A stretch of 64,000 nucleotides of DNA from contig CAVYYH010000005.1 in NCBI GenBank assembly GCA_963772705.1, forward strand, positions 218,939 to 282,938, read 5' to 3'. Positions 1 to 9,231 of the stretch are shown here, in pieces. The position numbers and the translations under genes are program-made. The DNA comes from an uncultured Bacteroidales bacterium. GTDB taxonomy: Bacteria > Bacteroidota > Bacteroidia > Bacteroidales > VadinHA17. Below the pieces are notes generated by a model. That model had not been told where the DNA came from, did no database searches, and worked only from the letters and a program-made list of their open reading frames with translations. Numbering within the stretch: the stretch's first letter is position 1; every line of letters starts with the position of its first letter.

Positions 1-567
1 TTCATGTCTCCCGGTTACAGGTTCGTTTCCATCTCAGACGACCTTACAACCGGCTCGTCAATAATGCCGCACAAGAAGAACCCCGATCTTTTTGAGCTGA
101 TAAGAGCCAGGTGCAACAGGCTGCAGGCTGTTCCCGGAGAGGTGACGCTCATTACTGCCGGACTCCCTCCGGGATATAACCGCGACTTCCAGGAACTTAA
201 GGCAATCATATTTGATGCATTCGATGAGACTGATGAGCTGGTGGCCGCCATTGGCATTGCTGCGGCCGGACTGGTCATAAGAAAGGATATTATGAACGAT
301 CCGGGATATAATGATGTCTTCTCGGTTGAAGAGGCTAACAGGATGACTATGAGAGGGGTCCCGTTCAGGGAAGCGTACAGGGCAGTTGCATCAAGGGCAG
401 GGTCGGGTGATTTTAAAAAAACCAGTCCTGCCGATTATACTCATATCGGCAGCATAGGAAATACGGGAACAAATCTCATTCGCCTCCGGATTGAAAAGAT
501 CATGGAAGGGTTTACACCGGGGTCATCACCCGGGGAATTATTTCAATCAGTAAAAGGCAGATTGTAA
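1..567 (+). CDS. argH: argininosuccinate lyase, C-terminal part (5' end lies outside the window)
   Basis: Frame 1 is open from base 1. Fumarate-lyase family signature 'GSSIMPHKKNPD' and argH-like C-terminus; stop at 565-567. Confidence 0.9.
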   Translation, partial: FMSPGYRFVSISDDLTTGSSIMPHKKNPDLFELIRARCNRLQAVPGEVTLITAGLPPGYNRDFQELKAIIFDAFDETDELVAAIGIAAAGLVIRKDIMNDPGYNDVFSVEEANRMTMRGVPFREAYRAVASRAGSGDFKKTSPADYTHIGSIGNTGTNLIRLRIEKIMEGFTPGSSPGELFQSVKGRL

Positions 568-576
568 TTATCCCGT

Positions 577-604
577 GTAGAGACGTTGCATGCAACGTCT
601 CTAC
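577..604. terminator. perfect 28-bp palindrome between convergent argH and carA (candidate bidirectional terminator hairpin)
   Basis: GTAGAGACGTTGCA|TGCAACGTCTCTAC read directly; overlaps the carA stop codon; no clear T tract. Confidence 0.4.
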
Positions 605-1683
605 ATTGATTTGGCAATATTATCAATAAACACGTCGAACAGGAAATCGGTGTCTGTTGGCCCGCCGGAGGCTTCCGGGTGAAACTGTGTTGAGAAGAAG
701 GGCCTGGAGACATGCCTCATCCCCTCGTTGGTGTTGTCATTGACGTTGATGAACAGTGGCTCCCAGCCTGCCGGGAGGGTGTTGTTGTTTACCGCGAACC
801 CGTGGTTCTGCGATGTGATGTATGCCCTGTCGGTGCCTACCATCTGTACCGGCTGGTTATGACTCCGGTGTCCGTAACGCAGCTTATAGGTATCGGCACC
901 GGCGGCAAGGGCCATCAGCTGGTTGCCGAGACAGATGCCGAAGATGGGCTTGTCACCGTCAAGTGACTTCCTGATATTGTCAATCGCCGCACGGCACATC
1001 TTCGGATCACCCGGCCCGTTCGAAAGGAACAGTCCGTCATATTCTTCACTGCTGTAGTCATAGTCCCACGGCACCCTGATTATTGTAGTATCTCTCTTCA
1101 TCAGGTTGCGGATGATGTTGTACTTCACTCCGCAGTCAACAAGTACAATGCGGTACCTTCCGGTTCCGTAGACCTGTCTGGTGCCGGTGCTGACCTCGGC
1201 CACAAGGTTAACTTTGTTGGGGTCATAGAATTCTGTTGCCGTGCCGTCAGGCTCAACCTTGCCGAGCATTGCCCCCTTCTCGCGTATCCTTTTTGTCAGC
1301 GCCCTCGTGTCAATGCCGTATATCCCCGGCACATTGCTCTTCTTCAGCCACTCATCTAGGCTTTGACTGGCATTCCAGTGGCTGTATTCAAATGAGTAAT
1401 CTGAAACGATTAATGCTGAAATATGGACCCCTGAAGATTCATAAAAGAGATAGAGATCATCCTGTTCGCTCTTTCCCGGTGCCCCGTAATTGCCTACGAG
1501 CGGATAAGTCAGGCAGAGCACCTGGCCCCGGTAGGAGGGGTCAGTGAGACTCTCAGGATAACCTGTCATGGCGGTATTGAATACCACCTCACCGGCTGCT
1601 GCCACCTGTGCCCCGAATGACCAGCCCCTGTATACGGTACCGTCCTCCAGGGTAAGTTTGACACTTATTCTCTTTTCTGTCAT
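601..1683 (-). CDS. carA: carbamoyl-phosphate synthase small (glutaminase) subunit
   Basis: N-terminal CPSase small-chain motif 'VFNTAMTGYPESLTDPSY'; class-I amidotransferase 'PIFGICLGNQL' and 'HGFAV'. Confidence 0.93.
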   Translation of the reverse strand: MTEKRISVKLTLEDGTVYRGWSFGAQVAAAGEVVFNTAMTGYPESLTDPSYRGQVLCLTYPLVGNYGAPGKSEQDDLYLFYESSGVHISALIVSDYSFEYSHWNASQSLDEWLKKSNVPGIYGIDTRALTKRIREKGAMLGKVEPDGTATEFYDPNKVNLVAEVSTGTRQVYGTGRYRIVLVDCGVKYNIIRNLMKRDTTIIRVPWDYDYSSEEYDGLFLSNGPGDPKMCRAAIDNIRKSLDGDKPIFGICLGNQLMALAAGADTYKLRYGHRSHNQPVQMVGTDRAYITSQNHGFAVNNNTLPAGWEPLFINVNDNTNEGMRHVSRPFFSTQFHPEASGGPTDTDFLFDVFIDNIAKSM

Positions 1684-1687
1684 CTTC

Positions 1688-2854
1688 TTAACCGTTTATT
1701 GCGCTCTCAATCTGTTTCAGTGCCTTATTAACAACCGACGCGGGGCATGCTACGTTCATCCTCATGAATCCTTCACCTCCGGGACCGAAGAGCGATCCCT
1801 CGTTCATCCCCACCCCTGCCTTCTCAATGAAGAACCTGTGGAGATCCTTCCCGCTCATTCCCATCTGCCGGCAGTCGAGCCATATCATGTAGGTAGCCTC
1901 AGGAGTGACCGGCTTAATCACCGGAACATGTTCACTGCAGTAAGTGACTACTCTGTCAACGTTGCCCTGGATATAGAGCAGCAGGTCATTGAGCCACTCA
2001 TGGCCGTGAGTATATGCAGCCTCCGATGCCACGTTGCCAAAGATGTTTCCCAGGTGAAGATGAAGCCCTTCAAGCACGTTCCTGTATTTCTCCCTCAGTG
2101 TGGCATCAGGTATTATCATTGATGACGTTGAGAGCCCGGCAAGGTTGAAGGTCTTGCTTGGTGCCATGCATGTCACGGTTATTGACGCTGCCTTCCCGGA
2201 CAGGGAGGCGACAGGTATGTGGCTGTTGCCGGGAAGGATAAGATCAGAATGTATTTCGTCAGAAAGGATTACTATTCCTTTTTCGTAACAGATATCAACC
2301 AGCCGTTCGAGCTCAGCTCTCCTCCATACCCGGCCAACCGGATTATGAGGATTGGAGATGATAATCATCCTGGTTGCCGGAGTGATCATTTTTTCAAGAC
2401 CATCGAAGTCCATCACCCATCCGTCGGGTGTCTCCAGCAGGTTGTTGTACAGCAGTCGTCTTCCATGATCCTTAACTGCGCCGTGAAAAGGGGTATATAC
2501 CGGTGGCTGGATGATTATTTCAGAGTCGTGGTCTGTGTATGCAAGCGTACATATATTGAGAGCAGGGACCACTCCCGGGCTGAATTCGATCCAGTCGCGC
2601 GTGAGAGCCCAGCCATGCCTCGCACCGATCCAATTAATCAGTGCATCAAAATAGGGTTCGGGCCTGAACGAGTACCCCAGTATCTCATGTTTCAGTCTTT
2701 CTGAAATTGCATCAATCACAAATGAGGGCGTCCTGAAGTCCATGTCTGCCACCCACATCGGTATCAGATCGGATCTTCCGAAGATCTTTTCTCTCCAGTC
2801 GTATTTAATGCTGTTGCTGTTTTCCCGGTTGATTTCCTCGTCAAAGTTCCACAT
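1688..2854 (-). CDS. PLP-dependent aminotransferase class I/II, MalY/PatB-type (cystathionine beta-lyase-like)
   Basis: 388 aa; PLP-lysine context 'APSKTFNLAGL'; 4 nt upstream of carA on the same strand. Confidence 0.8.
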   Translation of the reverse strand: MWNFDEEINRENSNSIKYDWREKIFGRSDLIPMWVADMDFRTPSFVIDAISERLKHEILGYSFRPEPYFDALINWIGARHGWALTRDWIEFSPGVVPALNICTLAYTDHDSEIIIQPPVYTPFHGAVKDHGRRLLYNNLLETPDGWVMDFDGLEKMITPATRMIIISNPHNPVGRVWRRAELERLVDICYEKGIVILSDEIHSDLILPGNSHIPVASLSGKAASITVTCMAPSKTFNLAGLSTSSMIIPDATLREKYRNVLEGLHLHLGNIFGNVASEAAYTHGHEWLNDLLLYIQGNVDRVVTYCSEHVPVIKPVTPEATYMIWLDCRQMGMSGKDLHRFFIEKAGVGMNEGSLFGPGGEGFMRMNVACPASVVNKALKQIESAING

Positions 2855-3045
2855 TCAGGGTCTGTCTGTTTGTCCGGGATGCAAATATATGGAAAATAGT
2901 ATGAACAACGCCGGACCCCTTGCTGTTTATCTTGAGTGGGTCAGATGGCATGTCTTTTTCCAAAATATATTCATCAAATATGTTAACTTGGAAAATTAAT
3001 TGTTTTAATTTTACAAATCTAAATAAAGGCACAAAAAGCAGATTT

Positions 3046-3867
3046 ATGAAAAAGAGTTACACAAAGATCCTGGTTGCTGTAATGATAGTTGCGGCTGCCG
3101 GTATGTACTCCTGCAAGAACAGGGGTGAATCAAAAAAGCAACCTGAGTCTAACGTAATTGAGAAGGAGATCATTGAGGACAAGCTGCAAGAGAATGTTTA
3201 TCCGCTTCCCACCTCGGCCGAGGTCATCAAGCAGCTTAGTGACCTTGATCTGGGTTATATACTTGGTGTAACCAATCCGTCATATAATGCAAAGAAGTAC
3301 GTTACCAGCTACAGCAGGTCAGTGAATCTCGGGGTTTACGGTGCCGATCTCAGCTATGTGACGGTTTATAACATGCAGCAGGAAGTGATCAATTATCTGG
3401 ATGCTATGCGTATCCTGGCAAACGACCTGAATCTTGCGAAGATCTATGATGAGACTCTTTATGAAAAGATCAGGAATAATTTTGACGACAGGGATACGCT
3501 TGTAACCATTCTTACCGATGTTTTTGACCGCACCTATGCATACATGGTTGACGCCGGTCAGGCAAACATTGCCATGCTTATGATCGGAGGTGCCTGGCTT
3601 GAAGGGATGTATCTCACACTCGCTGTATCAGAGTCAGGAGCACATCTGACGGGATTTGAACAGGTACTTATTGATCAGAAGAAATCTTTTGATATGTTCC
3701 TCGAGATTGCCAAGCCTCACGCTGATGATGCCCTTGTAACCAAGATGATGCAGGATCTTAAGCCTATCAATGACATCTACGCGACACTCAGCACCAGCCT
3801 CACGATGCAGAATATCGAAGACCTTAAACGGGCTGTCGGTGCGGTCAGGGCAGAGATGGTAAAGTAA
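3046..3867 (+). CDS. hypothetical all-alpha lipoprotein
   Basis: In-frame ATG at 3046 gives 'MKKSYTKILVAVMIVAAAGMYSC', a signal peptide plus lipobox Cys. No recognisable catalytic motif. Confidence 0.6.
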   Translation: MKKSYTKILVAVMIVAAAGMYSCKNRGESKKQPESNVIEKEIIEDKLQENVYPLPTSAEVIKQLSDLDLGYILGVTNPSYNAKKYVTSYSRSVNLGVYGADLSYVTVYNMQQEVINYLDAMRILANDLNLAKIYDETLYEKIRNNFDDRDTLVTILTDVFDRTYAYMVDAGQANIAMLMIGGAWLEGMYLTLAVSESGAHLTGFEQVLIDQKKSFDMFLEIAKPHADDALVTKMMQDLKPINDIYATLSTSLTMQNIEDLKRAVGAVRAEMVK

Positions 3868-3885
3868 TTTCATTCAACTCTTTTC

Positions 3886-3916
3886 AGACCGCAAAACACA
3901 TTTGCGGTCTTTTTTT
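3886..3916 (+). terminator. rho-independent terminator
   Basis: AGACCGCAAA-acaca-TTTGCGGTCT followed by a T7 run, 19 nt after the lipoprotein stop. Confidence 0.7.
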
Positions 3917-3922
3917 AAGACA

Positions 3923-6900
3923 ATGAGGGAATCAGTATTACATGCACTGATACATATTTTTGCCATTATCTCTACTGTCAATCCGGGAGGAGTGACATCC
4001 AGAGGCAAAAAGATACTTCGCAGTTACCTGCGGCGGTATCTCAATCAGGAGCTTGAAGCCGAATACTTCAAGCTTTATGAGAACAATCTCCATTTTTATG
4101 AGCGTGAGCTCAAGACAGTGGATGAGGGAGAACTCTCTGATGAAAATTCCCTGATTACATTCCAGATCACAAACATCTGCAGGCAGATCAAGAAAGGGCT
4201 CTTCATCGAGGAGAGGATGATAGTCTTCCTGCAGCTTCTTGAGTTTGTCTACGAAGACGGCTCTATTTCAGAGCAGGAGTCTTCCATTGTAGATATCGTA
4301 GCCCGTACTTTCAATGTCTCACAGGAAGAGACAACGAATGCTTCAGCCTTCATGCTCGGGATGAGGTTTGACAAGGTAAATCCTGACCGTCTTCTTGCCA
4401 TTGAGGGTGACGACAATATCGGTGGGCCTGCCTCGAGGTATGCCAACTACCACGAATGGCACCATATGGTCGTCAGGGGTCTTAAAGGCACTATCTATGT
4501 CCTCTACATCGAGAGCTCAGGCCATCTTCTTTTCATGTATGAAGGCAACGCTGCTCTCCACTTCAAGGGCCGTAATGTAGTACCGCTGAGACCATACCTC
4601 CTTGACCCGGGGGTTAATATCCGGGGGGCAGGCATGTCTCCTCTTTATTATACAGCCATATACCGCAAGTTCATCAGGGGGCAGTTCAGCGAAGACATCC
4701 TCTTCGAAGGACAAAATATTGAGTTCCATTTCAAGGGTTCAGATAACGGTGTTCAGCCACTCAGTTTCAGTGTCAAGTCAGGAAACCTGGTTGGAATAAT
4801 GGGGGGCAGCGGCGTTGGGAAGAGCACCCTGCTCAACATCCTCAACGGGAAGCTGACTCCCGAGAGCGGCTCAGTTTATATCAACGGATATGACCTCCAC
4901 AAAGAACCGGAAGCACTTACCGGACTCATTGGGTATGTCCCGCAGGATGACCTCCTTATTGAGGAGCTGACAGTATACCAGAACCTCTATTATAACGCCA
5001 AGCTTACGTTTGGAGGTTATGACATAAAACAGCTCGATGAAGTTGTTGTTGCCGTACTGAAACAGCTCGATCTCTTTGAGATCAGGGACCTGCTTGTTGG
5101 TGATCCGCTGAATAAGAAGATAAGCGGAGGACAGCGAAAAAGACTGAACATAGGGCTTGAGCTGATGCGTGAACCGGCTGTGCTCTTTGCCGATGAGCCC
5201 ACCTCAGGCCTCTCCTCTCATGATTCGGAGAAGGTGATGGAGCTGCTGAAGGACCAGGCCACAAAGGGGAGGCTTGTCTACGTGATCATACACCAGCCCT
5301 CCTCCAATATCCTGAAGATGTTTGACAGGCTCTGGGTGCTTGACAAGGGGGGGTATATGATCTATGACGGTGACCCCGTAGAGGCGATAGTTTATTTCAA
5401 GACCGAAACATCACAGGCCAACGCAGCAGAGAGCGAATGCCCTACCTGCGGTAACGTAGAGACTGACGAAATACTTCAGATTGTTGAGGCGAAGCTGGTT
5501 GACAACAGCGGCAACAAGGGGTCCGAGCGACAGGTATCCCCGGTTGAATGGTATCACAGGTACAGGCAGAAGATGGAGCCCGCCATAAGCGGCAGGCCCG
5601 AGATGAAACCGCTGCCTCCGAGCAATTTCAAGGTTCCTGACAAGCTGAAACAGGCTCGTACCTTTGTGAAGAGAGATCTTGTAAGAAAATTTGCCGACAG
5701 GCAGTACCTTATAATAAACCTCCTTGAGCCACCGCTGCTGGCCTTTATACTGGGCTATTTTTCAAAATATGTGACCGACGGGGTATACCTCTTCTCTGAA
5801 AACAAAAACTACCCGGTGTTTCTCTTTATGAGCGTCGTCGTAGCCCTTTTCCTGGGTCTGACGGTGAGCGCGGAAGAGATATTCAAGGACAGAAAGATAC
5901 TCGAAAGGGAGAAATACCTTAATATCAGCCGCTGGAGTTATTTGCAGTCAAAGATTACTCTCCTTTTCGGTCTGTCAGCCGTGCAAACACTAATGTATGT
6001 GGTTGTAGCACAGTACATCCTCGATGTTGAGGGGATGATGTGGCGGCACTGGCTGATCCTCTTTACCACCTCATGCTTCGGAAATATGACCGGTCTGAAT
6101 ATTTCAGCCGGAATGAAATCAGTGATTAACATTTATATCCTCATTCCGCTCATCCTTGTTCCACAGCTGCTTCTCGGAGGGGCCATGATAAGATATGATG
6201 ACCTGCATGAGACCATGACGAGAAAGATTTATGTCCCTGTCATCGGAGACCTCATGACAACAAGATGGTCATATGAGGCAATGGCTGTTGAACAGTTTCG
6301 TTCAAGCAGTTACATGAAGCCATACTTCAATAATGAGGTTAACATAAGCAGATATGACTGGCAGTCTGCGTTCCTGATACCGGAGCTAAAAAAGAAAAGC
6401 AATGAATGTTTCTATGCCTGGGACAAACCCGAGCTGAGTGAAGCGTATGACAATAATATCAGGAAGCTGACATGGCATATAACCAAGCTCAGTGAAGAGG
6501 AGGGTTTAGATGCTTCCCCGGTAGTGAATCTTTTAGGGAAGAAACCCTATGATGCCGATACATACCATTTTGTGGAAAACTATCTTGATTCTCTTCAGAA
6601 GGTGATCAGGGCGAAATATATCCATTATACCAGGGTCAAGGACCAGATTACCGACAGTCTTACAAGGACCATGGGAAGGGATGAGCTGGTAAGGGTGCGT
6701 GAGACCACCCACAATGAAGAACTGGCAGACCTGCTCCTTAACCGTCTGGTTCTGAAGAAGACTTATGAGACCAGGAGCCGGATCATCCAGAAGTCTGACC
6801 CGGTACTCATGGAGCCCGGGTCTAACTATGGCAGGGCTCATTTCTATGCACCGTTCAAGAAGCTGGGTAACTGGCGTATAGGAACATTATGGTTCAATAT

Positions 6901-7045
6901 GGCAGTGATCTGGGTGCTTAACCTGCTTCTCTTTGTGACACTCTATCTTAACCTGCTGAAACGGCTTCTGAATTTGACCGAACGGATAAAAATACCGGGA
7001 TTCGGACCTGACAGACTGGTACCTCCATGGGAGACGGTAAAGTAA
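3923..7045 (+). CDS. fused ABC transporter ATPase/ABC-2-type permease with a long N-terminal accessory region
   Basis: Walker A 'GGSGVGKST', signature 'ISGGQRKRLNIG', Walker B 'VLFADEPTSGL'. Multi-TM C-terminal half. N-terminal ~270 aa are non-ABC; the part 'LLEFVYEDGSISEQESSIVDIVARTFNVSQEE' weakly resembles TerB. Confidence 0.8.
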   Translation: MRESVLHALIHIFAIISTVNPGGVTSRGKKILRSYLRRYLNQELEAEYFKLYENNLHFYERELKTVDEGELSDENSLITFQITNICRQIKKGLFIEERMIVFLQLLEFVYEDGSISEQESSIVDIVARTFNVSQEETTNASAFMLGMRFDKVNPDRLLAIEGDDNIGGPASRYANYHEWHHMVVRGLKGTIYVLYIESSGHLLFMYEGNAALHFKGRNVVPLRPYLLDPGVNIRGAGMSPLYYTAIYRKFIRGQFSEDILFEGQNIEFHFKGSDNGVQPLSFSVKSGNLVGIMGGSGVGKSTLLNILNGKLTPESGSVYINGYDLHKEPEALTGLIGYVPQDDLLIEELTVYQNLYYNAKLTFGGYDIKQLDEVVVAVLKQLDLFEIRDLLVGDPLNKKISGGQRKRLNIGLELMREPAVLFADEPTSGLSSHDSEKVMELLKDQATKGRLVYVIIHQPSSNILKMFDRLWVLDKGGYMIYDGDPVEAIVYFKTETSQANAAESECPTCGNVETDEILQIVEAKLVDNSGNKGSERQVSPVEWYHRYRQKMEPAISGRPEMKPLPPSNFKVPDKLKQARTFVKRDLVRKFADRQYLIINLLEPPLLAFILGYFSKYVTDGVYLFSENKNYPVFLFMSVVVALFLGLTVSAEEIFKDRKILEREKYLNISRWSYLQSKITLLFGLSAVQTLMYVVVAQYILDVEGMMWRHWLILFTTSCFGNMTGLNISAGMKSVINIYILIPLILVPQLLLGGAMIRYDDLHETMTRKIYVPVIGDLMTTRWSYEAMAVEQFRSSSYMKPYFNNEVNISRYDWQSAFLIPELKKKSNECFYAWDKPELSEAYDNNIRKLTWHITKLSEEEGLDASPVVNLLGKKPYDADTYHFVENYLDSLQKVIRAKYIHYTRVKDQITDSLTRTMGRDELVRVRETTHNEELADLLLNRLVLKKTYETRSRIIQKSDPVLMEPGSNYGRAHFYAPFKKLGNWRIGTLWFNMAVIWVLNLLLFVTLYLNLLKRLLNLTERIKIPGFGPDRLVPPWETVK

Positions 7046-7803
7046 GAGCAAAAAAACACTTAGGCCAGCACTTTCTCAGGGACAAGAGGATTGCAGCATC
7101 AATTGTTGATGCACTCAGGGCTGACAGGTGTGATACAGTCATTGAGGTGGGACCCGGCATGGGGGTCCTGACACAATTTCTTATTGAGAGACATTTCCCC
7201 TCCCTCAAGGTCGTCGAGATAGACCGGGAATCAGTTGAATATCTTGAAACTAATCTGACAGGCATTGGAGAGATCATCAGGGGTGATTTCCTGGAGATGG
7301 ACCTTCGTCCGATGGGAGAGACGATCGCCCTGATCGGCAACTTTCCCTACAACATCTCGAGCCAGATCTTCTTCAGGATACTGGAGAACCGTGACAGGGT
7401 GACAGAAGTCGTATGCATGGTTCAGAGAGAGGTGGCTGAGCGGATATGCTCTGACCCGGGAAGCAGGGTTTATGGCATCCTGAGTGTCCTTCTGCGGGCG
7501 TGGTATGACATCGATTATCTCTTCACGGTGAGTGAGCAGGTCTTCTCTCCCCCGCCAAATGTAAAATCTGCTGTAATAAGGCTTGAAAGGAACAGGAGAG
7601 AGAAGCTCGATTGCGACGAGAAACTATTCTTCAGCGTGGTAAAGCGTTGCTTCAACCAGCGGCGCAAGATGATACGCAATCCTATTAAGATGATGATAAA
7701 GCCTGATGCCGGATCAATGCCATTACTGTCCCTGAGACCGGAGCAGCTCTCTGTCGATCAGTTTGTGGAGCTCACCAGGTGGGTTGATGCCCACAGGCAA
7801 TAG
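7027..7803 (+). CDS. rsmA: 16S rRNA (adenine1518/1519-N6)-dimethyltransferase
   Basis: 'HLGQHFL', SAM motif 'VIEVGPGMGVLT', 'GNFPYNISS'. Confidence 0.92.
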   Translation: MGDGKVRAKKHLGQHFLRDKRIAASIVDALRADRCDTVIEVGPGMGVLTQFLIERHFPSLKVVEIDRESVEYLETNLTGIGEIIRGDFLEMDLRPMGETIALIGNFPYNISSQIFFRILENRDRVTEVVCMVQREVAERICSDPGSRVYGILSVLLRAWYDIDYLFTVSEQVFSPPPNVKSAVIRLERNRREKLDCDEKLFFSVVKRCFNQRRKMIRNPIKMMIKPDAGSMPLLSLRPEQLSVDQFVELTRWVDAHRQ

Positions 7804-7826
7804 CAGGATCCCTGAAAGAGGGACTG

Positions 7827-9098
7827 TCAGAATGAATAGCCTATTGCCTCCACAGGATTCATCTTTGAGGCTGTAGAAGCCGGGGCAAAGCCTGCAACTA
7901 TTCCAATTACCCCTGATATGGTTATCGCCAGGATAATGTTTCCCGCCGTTAGATACATCTCAAGGTTATAGAGATAATTGACAAAGAGGGTTGCAATGAA
8001 GATGATAATAAGTCCGACAATGCCACCGGTTATCGATAGCAGCACCGATTCAATCAGGAACTGAAGCAGGATAAACCTTCTCTTGGCCCCGAGTGCTTTC
8101 TGTATTCCTATTATGCTCGTTCTTTCCCTGACAGAAACAAACATGATGTTGGCGATGCCGAATCCTCCGACGAGGATTGAAAAGCCTCCGATGATCCACC
8201 CGGCAATATTTATTCCCGCAAAGACAGGTTCAAGGCTCTGTGTCACCTGGCTGGCCTGGTTGACCGAAAAGTTGCTTATCTCCCCCGGACTCAGCCTTCT
8301 TGCTGCCCGGAGGATCATGGTTACCTCATCCGAGAGCTGCAGAACCGATACTCCTTCTTTGCCTCTTATCATTATGTCAGAGTTGAGGTTTCGGTTCCGG
8401 AAGTTGACGAAGTTACTGATGAAGTTAAGCGGAACAACCATCAGTTCATCCATACCGCTGTCACTGAATCCCCCCTTGCCCTCCTTTTTGAAGGTGCCGA
8501 TGATCACTGCCCTGTACCCGCTTATCGTTATCTCCTTCCCCAGGGGCTCGGCCTTATCAAAGAGCCTCTGCGCAACTTCTGCACCGATGATCGCCACCGG
8601 TTTGCCGGCAGCAGACTCAGACAGCGTAAAGTAGCGCCCTTTATCCAGTTCAAACGATCTCACCTTGTCAAAGTCATGGGTCACACCCGAGATATATGTG
8701 TCATTCACTGAATTACTGCGGTACTTGACAGTACGCGGAGCAAAAACCGTAAAGCAAACCGCCTCGGTTGAAACAGACCTTCTCTGAATAGCCTCAAAAT
8801 CTTCGGGTGACGGAGCAGGCCATCTGATCATGTCCCACCACTTCATGTCAGGCGAAGGAGTCCAGGGCATCTTCTCAACATATATAGTATTATCTCCCAG
8901 TGATTCAATCCCCGTTCTGATCCCGTTTTCCATCCAGTCAAACACAGTGAAGACAGAAATTATGGAAACAATGCCGATAGTGATGCCAAAGAGCGACAGA
9001 AATGTCCGCAACTTATTGACTGACACTGAACTATAAGCAAACAGAAAACTCTCTTTCAACAATCTGATCCACATGCCAATGTAATTAATCAAGGCCAA
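7827..9098 (-). CDS. ABC transporter permease, FtsX/MacB-like
   Basis: 423 aa. N-terminal TM, large periplasmic domain, three C-terminal TMs with the FtsX-type 'IGIQKALGAKRRFIL' segment. Confidence 0.85.
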   Translation of the reverse strand: MALINYIGMWIRLLKESFLFAYSSVSVNKLRTFLSLFGITIGIVSIISVFTVFDWMENGIRTGIESLGDNTIYVEKMPWTPSPDMKWWDMIRWPAPSPEDFEAIQRRSVSTEAVCFTVFAPRTVKYRSNSVNDTYISGVTHDFDKVRSFELDKGRYFTLSESAAGKPVAIIGAEVAQRLFDKAEPLGKEITISGYRAVIIGTFKKEGKGGFSDSGMDELMVVPLNFISNFVNFRNRNLNSDIMIRGKEGVSVLQLSDEVTMILRAARRLSPGEISNFSVNQASQVTQSLEPVFAGINIAGWIIGGFSILVGGFGIANIMFVSVRERTSIIGIQKALGAKRRFILLQFLIESVLLSITGGIVGLIIIFIATLFVNYLYNLEMYLTAGNIILAITISGVIGIVAGFAPASTASKMNPVEAIGYSF

Positions 9099-9231
9099 AG
9101 GTAATCAAATAAGAAACATCATTAACTCACCGATAATTCACGAATTCAAATAATTAATATAACATTGCTTATCAAAAAAAATATCTATTTTTAACGGATT
9201 GCTTCTTCCGGGGTATCTGCAATCTAAGTCA

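Noticed and set aside
2855-3045. Small ORFs (2742-2999, 2841-3032, and the 2920 extension of the lipoprotein ORF) in the divergent spacer
   Set aside because: They overlap each other and the promoter region. The lipoprotein has a convincing signal peptide from the internal ATG at 3046, so the upstream extensions are treated as non-coding.
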